Positions 52,796-62,619 of a stretch of DNA of 64,000 nucleotides are shown piece after piece. The number at the start of each line of letters is the position of its first letter. The first letter of the stretch is position 1. The translations under genes were made by a program, and so were the position numbers. Below the pieces are notes generated by a model, which saw only the letters and a list, made by a program, of their open reading frames with translations, was not told the origin of the DNA and made no database searches. This DNA is from Eledone cirrhosa (Eukaryota): positions 257,734,001 through 257,798,000 of the forward strand of contig OZ024742.1 in NCBI GenBank assembly GCA_964016885.1, in the 5' to 3' direction.

Positions 52796-55700
52796 TTACA
52801 GATATATACTCAGAGTCGGCCCATTCACTCGGGCCATTCTTGCTTCTCTCACCCATCTTTCAACAAAATGCTGGGAAGAGAGCACTTCCTTCTCTACTCT
52901 GATTTTCCTTTTCAAATGAAATTTGAAAAAGTCAATCAGAGCATCACCGAAGAGGTAAGTGCTCGTCTTCAGCCCTTTCAAACGTGTCCACCATACTATC
53001 TCTTTCGCCATGGCCACCAGACAGATAAAAACTGCCTGCCCTTCCCGGCTAAAGGAGGAGGGCGGGGCAATCCTCACGATAGACTCAGATGATAGCTGGA
53101 TCCGTCCTAAACGCGACAGCAGGTGTTCGACATAAACCCACAAGTCAGCAATTTTCGGACACTGGACGAGTGCGTGCAGGACGGTTTCGTCGCCCTGCGC
53201 GCATCTCGGACATGCCCGGCTGACGGCACCTCCATGCCTGTAGAGTTTATCCCGAACTGGCAAGGCTCCTCGGTAGCACTGCCAGGCCAGAGATTTCTGG
53301 AAGTTGTCCATAGGCCCTGGCCCGAAAGTTCTTCCGAAGAGATTGGCTAGTTGATTTTCGTCGACGCCTAGAGTTTCCCCAAGTACGTCGTCGCTCTTCC
53401 CCTCCACTAATCCTCTATAGAACGCCGAGTTTCCACCGATCACATTGCCCGATTGGTCGAGGGCTGTGAGCGCCTGAAGACATTCCAGTCTCCAGGCGCT
53501 CCCTCTCGGTCTTCGCTTGACCCAGGACTGCAGCTCCGTCAAGGAAACGAGCTGGGGAAAAACGCGTCTAGCAAACGGCGACCACACCTGATCACCGTCG
53601 AGGAAGAGGTGCAGATGTCGTAGCCTGAGCGCGTGCCTGCGCATCATCAGCCACGGCATGCCCAGCCCTCCACGTAGCGGGTGTTGACAACAGATGGACC
53701 GCCTGACCATCGGAGCACGTCCCTTCCACAAAAAGCGAAAGAGCAAACGCTCCAGCGCAGTCAGGCGAGGCTTAGGACAAGGTACGACGGTTAGGCGGTA
53801 GCAGATGACAGACGCGATGTACGCGTTAGCCACCTCCGCTCGACCTTTCAGGGATAGCTTCCTCTCCGCCCATTTCTGGGTGAGAGAAGCCACCCTGCTC
53901 GTCACCTCGTCCCAGTTTTTGTCCGTCTGGAGGTCCGGACCGAACCAGACCCCTAGCAATTTAACCGGTCCGTCCGTCCAGCGCCCGACGACGCTGTTGG
54001 ACGGCATGGACCTGCCTCTCCAGGTGCCGAGCTGCAGGCCCACTGACTTTTCCTGGTTGATCATTGCTCCTGTCACCGCTTCGTATTCTCTTAGTGTAGT
54101 GCCGATCGCCTCGATGTGTTTGGCGTTCGACACCACTACGGTGACATCGTCCGCATATGCTGACACGGATCTTCCGCATCCTAGTTCGCGCGGGACTCCC
54201 CTCAACGTCTCCAGTTTGTGCAGTAATGGCTCGAGAGTCAATACGTACAAGAGGGACGAGAGGGGACATCCTTGGCGGACCGAGCGCATGATGTTGAACG
54301 GTTCCGACAGGTGACCGTTCACTCTCACCACAGAGCAGATGTCGCTGTGCATGGCAGCGATCCAGCCTCTGAAGACGGGCCCAAAGCCAGCCGCCCTCAG
54401 GACTGCCGCTAGGTAACGATGGTCGACCCTATCGAAAGCTTTCGACTGATCTAAATTGATCAAGGACCCACCCGTGCCAGGTTCCCTAGCTACCCTCTCT
54501 ACGATGTATCGCATGAGGTGGAGGTTGTCGTGGATGGATCTGTCGGGAATGGCGCATGTCTGCGCCTCTCCCACCAGACCACCAACGACAAGCGCCAACC
54601 TCTTTGCTAGCACCTTGGCCAAAATCTTAAACTCTGTGTTTAGCAGAGTTATGGGCCGGAAATTGTCTATGTTATCCCCCTTGTTCGGATCCTTTCTCAG
54701 CAGTGCCACCGCTCCTCGGCTCACAGAACTGGGAATTCTCCCGTTCTGTTGCCAGTTGCAGTAGACGTCCGCCAAGAGGCCTCCGAACAAGTCTGGCATC
54801 TGTACGTAAAGTTCATAGGGCAGACCATCCAAACCAGGCGATTTACCCCTTGTGCAGCCAGTCATTGCCTCCCGTACTTCAGCGGCTGTTATCGGCTTTT
54901 CGCAACACCTCGCCTCAGTGGCCGAGAGCCGCGGCAGCCCGTCGAGGTAGAGACTAAAGTCCATCCCTCTACCCGGCCCCCCGCTGCCCCCGAACAGCTG
55001 AGCGAAGTGTCGCTGAAAAGCTTCACACATTTGCCCGGGATCGAGTAGCATGCGCCCGTCGTGGTCCACCAAAGACCGGATCGTGGCTTTGTTGCCACGA
55101 CGCGCCTCCGCCACTCGGGCCCATTGAACGGCTTTCGTCCCCTCGTGTCTGAGAGCACGCACCCTAGCTCTGACAACGCAGCCTTCGTGCTTTGCATTGA
55201 AGAATTGGTCAAGGGCTAATTTCGCCGCAAGCACGTCGGTCGCAATGCCTTTGCTAAGCGCCTCGTCTAATTTTCTAACTAGTTCTCCCTCTGCTCTATT
55301 TTTCTCTATTGCTAAAGCCTTACTAAACCTAATCGATTCTATTCTAATCGCTCTTTTCAGAGCAAACCACCACTTGTTGTTGACGATGGCCCCCGTCAAC
55401 GCCCGCTTAACTAGTTCGCTAATCCGGTCTCTGTAGGCCTTGCGCGCTGGTAAGGACGCGTTTAGCTTGCAGTAGCCGGGTCCTCGTCTATGAAGCCTAT
55501 CTAAGTCAAGCACACAGGTCACGAATTTGTGGTCCGTGTAGCTGACTATCTTGAATTGTGGACAGCCTATGCTAGACCTATCTATTTCCCTACAAAATAC
55601 TCTATCTAGATATGATCTGGATGACCCTATGCGGTTTGTCCAAGTCCACATTGGCACATTCGGGAAATCCAATCGGTACCTGTCAGACAGTTCAAAACGC

Positions 55701-56209
55701 CTGAGCAGGTTGGTGAGGCTCTTGCACCCTCCACCCCTATCCGCTAATCCCACACAGTCCCAGCGTGCATCTAAGATCCCGTTCCAGTCGCCCACTAACA
55801 CTAAAGAGCGGGACGTTCCAAGAAAGGTCTCCAGACGCCGGAAGAAATCAGGCCGCCCTGCTCCTGTCGGGGCATAGACGGCCACTAGCCTGAAAGATTG
55901 CCCGTCTCCGCTGGTCACGTCCAGCACCACCAGCTTACCCTCTGGGTCCAGGAAGATGGCCCGTATGGCGAGATCCAAACCTCTCCGAAAAAGTACAGCA
56001 ACTCCTCCACCGGATCCAGGACGGCTGGGAGATGCGTACACATCGTAGCCGCCGAAGATCGGTGCGAAGGCCCGTGCTTCGGAGATTCTGGTCTCGCTGA
56101 TGGCCACTACATCTATGTTTAGTGACCTGAGGTCGTTGAGCAGGTGACCCTGCTTCCATGACGACCCCAAGCCACGCGCATTTATGCTGCCTATTCTGAG
56201 TGAGGTCAT
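52796..56209 (-). CDS. Tx1 ORF2 protein: APE endonuclease, reverse transcriptase, C-terminal CCHC finger (1137 aa, open)
   Basis: SINARGL, ISETR, VYAP, GDWN, YLDRVF, TDHK (APE); KSPGLDG, FRPITLLN, LDQSKAFDRV, RQGCPLS, YADD (RT); CPRC..ETVLHALVQC. Confidence 0.97.
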   Translation of the reverse strand: MTSLRIGSINARGLGSSWKQGHLLNDLRSLNIDVVAISETRISEARAFAPIFGGYDVYASPSRPGSGGGVAVLFRRGLDLAIRAIFLDPEGKLVVLDVTSGDGQSFRLVAVYAPTGAGRPDFFRRLETFLGTSRSLVLVGDWNGILDARWDCVGLADRGGGCKSLTNLLRRFELSDRYRLDFPNVPMWTWTNRIGSSRSYLDRVFCREIDRSSIGCPQFKIVSYTDHKFVTCVLDLDRLHRRGPGYCKLNASLPARKAYRDRISELVKRALTGAIVNNKWWFALKRAIRIESIRFSKALAIEKNRAEGELVRKLDEALSKGIATDVLAAKLALDQFFNAKHEGCVVRARVRALRHEGTKAVQWARVAEARRGNKATIRSLVDHDGRMLLDPGQMCEAFQRHFAQLFGGSGGPGRGMDFSLYLDGLPRLSATEARCCEKPITAAEVREAMTGCTRGKSPGLDGLPYELYVQMPDLFGGLLADVYCNWQQNGRIPSSVSRGAVALLRKDPNKGDNIDNFRPITLLNTEFKILAKVLAKRLALVVGGLVGEAQTCAIPDRSIHDNLHLMRYIVERVAREPGTGGSLINLDQSKAFDRVDHRYLAAVLRAAGFGPVFRGWIAAMHSDICSVVRVNGHLSEPFNIMRSVRQGCPLSSLLYVLTLEPLLHKLETLRGVPRELGCGRSVSAYADDVTVVVSNAKHIEAIGTTLREYEAVTGAMINQEKSVGLQLGTWRGRSMPSNSVVGRWTDGPVKLLGVWFGPDLQTDKNWDEVTSRVASLTQKWAERKLSLKGRAEVANAYIASVICYRLTVVPCPKPRLTALERLLFRFLWKGRAPMVRRSICCQHPLRGGLGMPWLMMRRHALRLRHLHLFLDGDQVWSPFARRVFPQLVSLTELQSWVKRRPRGSAWRLECLQALTALDQSGNVIGGNSAFYRGLVEGKSDDVLGETLGVDENQLANLFGRTFGPGPMDNFQKSLAWQCYRGALPVRDKLYRHGGAVSRACPRCAQGDETVLHALVQCPKIADLWVYVEHLLSRLGRIQLSSESIVRIAPPSSFSREGQAVFICLVAMAKEIVWWTRLKGLKTSTYLFGDALIDFFKFHLKRKIRVEKEVLSSQHFVERWVREARMARVNGPTLSIYL

Positions 56210-56244
56210 GTTTAAAATAGAGTGGAAAAGATGGGAAAGACCAC

Positions 56245-58348
56245 TTACCGTATTTTTGGTAGAGGAGGGATGGTTTTTACATCCCTTTTCACTTGATCGT
56301 CTGGTGAAGGGACCGTTGAATCGTCCCTTCGGCTGGTCGTCGGCTCTTCTAAGAGAATGTCTGAATATACTCTTCGATTGATAGTTCCTCCTAGGTCCCT
56401 GAAATCACCAACTGCTTTGGGGAATTTCGTTTTAATGTTTGTGTATTGTTTCTGTGCTATTTTTAGCAGTCTTATGTTAGTTGGCGTTTTGCTTGGTGCT
56501 GGTATTATGTAGTCCTGTTGTGAAATGTCTGTGTGTTCAATTATGTAAGTCATTAGTTTCTTGTTGTGTGCATTTATTGCCGTGCATTTGTTTTTCTGGG
56601 GGTGGCGTGTGGTTCTGCTATTTTCTTGTCGTTGTTGCTGGGTGTGTGTGTTTTGTTGTTGTGTTTGCGATGTTGGTGCTTGTGGTGGTGGTGTTGAAGG
56701 TGTTGTTGGCGGTGGGGTTGTCGCCGGTGGTGATGGTGTTGCTAGTGTGGATGGTGATGGTGTTGGTGGTGTTGCTGCTGTGGGTCTCTTTGCAGTAGAC
56801 TTTACCCTTTTCTCATTTCTTTCCTCGTTTTTCAAAGGCGACGATGCGCTGCTTCTGCGTTTGTGCCTTCTTACGACATGTTGCCATCCCTCTCCCACCT
56901 CACACTCCATGTCTGATTCTGTGAGGTCGGGGAGGGGTACCAGCTCCACTCTTTCACTTGTTGTTGTTGGTGATGTTTGCACTGGAGTCTCTGTTGCAGC
57001 TGCATTTGGTATTGCTATTGTTGTTGTTAATATTTCCACTGCTGCTGCTGTTTTTGATTTCCGTGGCGTGGGTATGGGTGCCACGGACCTATCGTTCCTG
57101 GTTGCCGCTTGTCCTGTTGCTGGTAGCCGTAGAGCCGGTTTCGGAAGGAGGGGTTTTCTCCTTTCTCGGGGTCTTCTCGTTGCAGAAGGCCCTGAGTTGA
57201 GTCTTCGATCCACAGCGAAAGCATTTCGGGCGTTTTCCCTCAACACATATGGGCAGTTGAGTGCCGTTATCGAGGTCTATCATATCCGGGATAGCTTCGA
57301 TGCACTCCTGGTTGGTTTGGATTAGCATCTCAATGGAGGTGCCGACCCAATCTTCTCTTACTTTTTTCTGTACTTGCAGTACAGTTGTTTTGTCCTCGAT
57401 TCCGACGAGTACAGACGCGGCCAGCCAAGAAGGGGCCATTCCGGGGGGGACGTGGGCCAGTTTGACCCTCACAATTTTTTGCCCGCAGTAGGAGGGCACC
57501 AACACCATTTCCTCGCTCCTTAGGGTCACTACGGATTGGGCCTTTGCCTCCTGGGGTGTGGCAAAAAGTACTTCTACGGTGGCATATTTTTTGCCTCGGG
57601 TGATGTGCGTTTTCCGCTGCCACACAGACCCCAAGGCTTTTTGTATTTGGGCCTCTGTGGCTCTTTCCACCCTACGGGATTTTGTACTTACTGTACGGTA
57701 CGTGACCGTACAGTGCTGTTGGGTTTCGAAAAAATTTTCCGCTGCCTTGCAGATTGCTCGGTGTCCATTCTTTGTCACCATCTTCTTCGCTTCCTCTAAT
57801 TCCTCATTTGTTATGAGGATTGTTTCCAAGTTTTTCGCAATACCTGCAAATGAGATTGGTTTTTCTTTGCTGCTGTTGCTGTTGTTGTCGTCGTCAGAGC
57901 TGCTGTTACTTTTGTTGTTGCTGCAGGTACTACGACTACTGCCTTCGCCGCTGTTGCTGTGGTTGTTGTTGGTGTTGCTGCTGCTAATGCTGTTGTTGTT
58001 TATGCTGCTGGTGATGCTGTTGCGGCTGCTACTGTTGTTTTCATTGTCACTGTTGCTGTTGTTATTACGGTTGCTACTGCTATTATTCCTGACGTCAGAC
58101 GAATGAACTGGGTTTTCGTATTTCCCGCACACCTGTTTCGTCGCTGTCGTCGTCGTCGTGGAGAAACCTTGTACGCTTTGCACGAGACTTTTCTTTTCTT
58201 TCGTCGCTTGCGAAAGAGAAGGGAGGGAGAGAGACACATTTAAAGAAGGGAGGGAGAGAGACAATCTTCTCTCTGCTGTAGTGATGATTGAGGAAGAAGA
58301 AGACGGAATGAGTGGGAGTGACCTATGCCAATTCTTTTTCGTAGCCAT
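56245..58348 (-). pseudogene. Tx1 ORF1 with one frameshift
   Basis: ORFs 57089-58348 and 56245-57246 join if the C-run at ~57150 has 6 C as in copies 1 and 2 (it has 4 here). Knuckle CFRCGSKTQLRAFC (H in copy 1). Confidence 0.9.
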
Positions 58349-58584
58349 GTTGTTTTTTTTTGTTTAAAATAAATAGTGGGTACAAAACCCCAATAAGCAG
58401 ATATTTAACCCCGAAGGGCCAAATAACGGGCAGAAAGACCCCTCTCACGAGGAGGAGGGTGTTTTTGTCTACAAGTTGGTCTAAGTTTTAAACAATTTAC
58501 AATTGTTTTAGCGTTCAAAATTTACAGTACCTTACAGAGCCGAGCCTCCGTCAACCATAGCATTCAATAATAATAATAATAATA

Positions 58585-61500
58585 ACAATTTAAAAACAAT
58601 AACAATGATAATAACAATTTAAAAAAACAACAAAAAAAACCCCGTGACCAAGAAATACCGGGATGGCGGCCGGCGGGGAATAGCCGTTTCTCTAGGGGAG
58701 AACGACCCCTCTAGTCTTGGTTGACACTCGTTCTAGAAGTGGTAACACGAAATGATTACCCCTTGGCTGATAAGGATAAAACGCGACAAAATAAAGTAAA
58801 TGTCTAATGATAAAATCTCATACCGGATCGGCCGTCACCCGGGTAAAAAAGGGCCGCGTCCCTCAGAGAGGAACCAGACTGGGGTCGAAAAATCAGCTAA
58901 TGGTTCAAACCTTCCCATCACTTCGGAGCTGGAGACCTCCCATAACCGGAATACTCCTACTGTTGGCCCTCCATGCTCACCACCAAGAAATCCAAAGAAA
59001 AAGAGAGAAAAATGGTCAAGGGAAGATAATAAAGAAGTCCTTGAGGCTTTCTACACTGCCATGTACTACCCATCAAATACATCGAATACAGAACAGACAT
59101 ATATCAACTGGAAAAAGAAACATCCCGAAAACAGAGGCTATACTGACAGTAACAAACTAGCCAATATACGAAGAAATATTGTAAGAAAAAAGTTACTAAC
59201 TGATATAGAAATTGATCAGATCAAGCTATTAGCACAAAGTCAGCGAAGGGAAAATGAAACATGTGTCAGTGAAAACGAGGTAAACTGTAACACTACGAAT
59301 CCCAGGGTTGGGGCGGAATCACTGGCAACAGAAGAAATTAAAGAAAGGATCGAAAAAGTGGAGGGAGTGCATGCCCAGGATGAAACTCCAAATGAAAATA
59401 ATGAGATCGTAAATGATAAAGAAATGAATGAGAATGAACTTGCCAACTTAAAGGATGAAATTATGATCGAATGGATGAAAATGAAAGAATCTGACATGGG
59501 GCAACGAGACACCCTCCCTAAGATCCAGAACTCCAAACAGAGCCAAAAGATAATACACAAGACTAACATAATTTTCAAAAACATTATCATCACAAACAAA
59601 CTAAACATTACTGATTTAAATCATCTCTATTATGCATAGGCTAAAGTCACAACTCACTTATGTGGAGTGAAGATGAAAAAACAAAGGAATTCCCACAAGA
59701 AATCTACTTGGCAAGAGAACATCAATCGCCAAATAAACCTTCTCCGATCTGACATAGAAATTTTAACAAACTATAAAGTAGGTGAACATGTTAAACAAAC
59801 TAAACTTAGAAAATTGAAAAAAAAGTACAGTATAAAATCAACATGTGACATAGACATGCTGATAGAAATAATCAAGCAAAAAGTGTCGGCCAAAGCTGCT
59901 CGTATAAGGCGCTTTGAAAAACGATCTAGATTCTATAAGGACAATAATATGTTCAAAAACAAGCAAAGAAACTTCTACAGAAAAATTGGTAAGTCAACAA
60001 TAACTGCTAAATCAATACCACCCAAGGAGGAAGTGCAAGAATTCTGGGAAAAGATCTGGGCCGAAGAAAAAGTTCATAACATACATGCATGCACCATGGA
60101 TAGACAGACACATGAAAGATACAGCTCACCTTGAGGAACAAACATGGGAAAATATAACAGTTGAACAGTTGCGCTTGGCTCTAAAAAAAAACAGCAAATG
60201 GAAATCCCCAGGAAAAGACAAAATACAAAACTTTTGAATAAATGCCTTCACAGAGTCTCATGAGCTGTTAGCCCAACTTTACAATGAAATAGTTAAGGAG
60301 CCAGAAAAGATACCATCATGGCTAGTTAACGGCATTACATTCCTGCTACCGAAGAATGATGAGACAAACAATCCCGAAAATTTCAGACCGATAACTTGCT
60401 TGACTACAATGTATAACATTTTAACATCAGTCCTAACTGAATACACATATGGCCACCTGATAACAAATGATCTATTTCCCATTGAGCAGAAAGGGTGTAA
60501 ACGAGGCTCATATGGCTGTAAGGATCAGCTTCTGGTTAACAAAATGATACTGGAAGATTGTCATAATAGACACAAAAATCTATCGATTGCTTGGATAGAT
60601 TATAAAAAAGCAGACGATAGTTTGCCACACAGTTGGATTGAAAAATGTTTAGAGATTTTCCAAATATACCCCGTTGTCAGGAGGTTTTTGTCATTCAGTA
60701 TGAAGACATGGAAAACGACACTCCTTTTGAATAGTGAAACAAAATCACTGGAAGCTGGAGAAGTTAATATTAATTGTGGAATTTTTCAGGGTGACTCTTT
60801 ATCACCTCTTTTATTCTGCATCGCACTTATACCATTATGTAAAATGCTCAATGAAACAAAACATGGATATAAAGTCTATGACAAAACCATTAATCACCTG
60901 TTCTACATGGATGACCTGAAACTATTTGCAAAAAATGATGAACAATTGCAAGGGCTATTATCCACTATGGAGCAGTTCAGTGATGACATTAAAATGGAGT
61001 TTGGACTAGATAAATGCGCCAAAGCAACGTTCACCAGAGGAAAGCTGCTGAAGAGTTCAGACATTAATCTTGATCGGGGGAACGTGATGAGAGAACTTAA
61101 TCAAGAAAAAACTTACAAATATCTAGGTGTTTGTGAAGGAGGCGGAATCAAGCACTCGACAATGAGGGAAAGGATAAGGAAGGAATGTTACCGCAGGGTA
61201 AGAGCAATCTTAAGAACGGAATTGAATGCAAGGAATAGGATCGATGCCATAAACACGCTTGCCATACCAGTAGTAACCTACAGTTACAATGTCATCAACT
61301 GGTCAAGCACAGAGATCCGTAGGCTCGATACAAAAATTCGAAAATTCTTAACCATGCACAGAATGCATCACCCTAAGGCAGATATAGATAGAATATATCT
61401 CCCTAGGAAAGAAGGAGGACGTGGGTTAATCCAGTTAGACATTGCGTTGAAAACTGCAACAATTGGATTATCTACATATCTAAGGGAATCACATGATTGG

Positions 61501-62598
61501 ATGATCAAACTCGTTTTGAAACACGAAAGCATCAAAAGATCATATTCCATTACAAAAGATGCACAAAGATACAGTAATGGACTACAAATTTCAGAAGTCC
61601 CATTTAATGCTGAAATGGAAAACACAGAAAAAGCAAAGCAGGTAAAAGTAACTGCAAAGAAAAAACTGCTACAGAAACTGACTAAGAAATGGCAAGAAAA
61701 GCCTCTGTATGGAAAATACCCAGAGCGAGCTAACAATCCTGATGTTGACAAAACTTTAACCCATCAGTGGTTGGCATCCTCTGGACTGAAATCGGAGACT
61801 GAAGGACTGATTATATCAGCACAAGATCAGTGTCTGCCAACAAAAAATTACCAAGCCAACATAATAAAAAATGGGTGCAGCCCATTATACCGTGTATGAA
61901 AAAAAACAACCAGAGACCATTGACCATATAATTTCAACGTGCAGTCCTATAGCTCCAACCGAATACCTAAACAGGCAGGACAGAGCTGCACAATACATAC
62001 ATTGGATAATGTGTAAGCATTTTGACCTGCCCCATCAAAAGAATTGGTGGGAGCATCAACCACCTCCCATACTTGAAAAAGATCACATCTCAATCTTGTG
62101 GAACTTTAGCATCCAAACAGACCGAAAAATAGATGCAAATAGACCTGATATAATATTGAAGGACTTTCAAAAGATGGTATGCCTGCTAATTGATATGTCT
62201 GTTCCAATAGACAAGAATGTATCTATAAAAACATTTGAAAAATTGAGCAAGTATAAGGACCTGGAGATAGAAATTGGAAAAATGTGGAAATTGAGAACTA
62301 AAACAATACCAGTGGTTGTAGGCGCTCTGGGAATGATATCTAAGGGGTCTAATGATTACATATCGCAAATCCCAGGAAACCCGCGTATAGGAGAAATACA
62401 AAAGATAGTACTAATGGGAACTGCCCATATACTAAGGAAGATTCTGTCAATATAAGTACATCACAAGTCTAAACACTAAAGATGCATGTGTGAATATGTA
62501 TGTTCTTTCTTGAACATGGCGGACCTTGTTGTCTCTTGAGGTCACTGGTTGTGACTTGGTGATAACTCGTATGAACATAAAGCAAGATAAATGCAACT
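58585..62598 (+). mobile_element. Dong/R4-type RLE retrotransposon family B (full length, few disablements)
   Basis: ORF pieces 58800-62455 with WKSPG.D, FRPITCL, QKGC, GIFQGDSLSP, FYMDDLKLF, ETIDHIISTC, NRPDII..IDMS..K..KYKDL and PVVVGALG. (AAT)n tail at 62599-62619. Confidence 0.95.
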
Positions 62599-62619
62599 AT
62601 AATAATAATAATAATAATA

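Larger units (their letters stand above)
52534..58565 (-). mobile_element. Tx1-clade LINE family A, copy 3 (full length, youngest)
   Basis: Complete 5'UTR-ORF1-ORF2-3'UTR, with (ATT)n on both sides on the sense strand. Confidence 0.98.

Noticed and set aside
57089-57246. Programmed frameshift between two overlapping ORF1 halves
   Set aside because: Copies 1 and 2 have six C at this run and read through. Copy 3 has four, so it is a copy-specific deletion or assembly error.
56481-58243. Long antisense ORFs (Val/Cys/Leu-rich) over Tx1 ORF1, also at 9567-11192 and 15538-17332
   Set aside because: Shadow frames of A/C-rich low-complexity coding sequence, with no domain motifs.
58430-58470. HDV-like ribozyme in the Tx1 5'UTR (cctcctcgtg resembles L3)
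   Set aside because: No P1 partner or P1.1 GG could be placed, and copy 1 has cctcttg. A simple hairpin explains the sequence.
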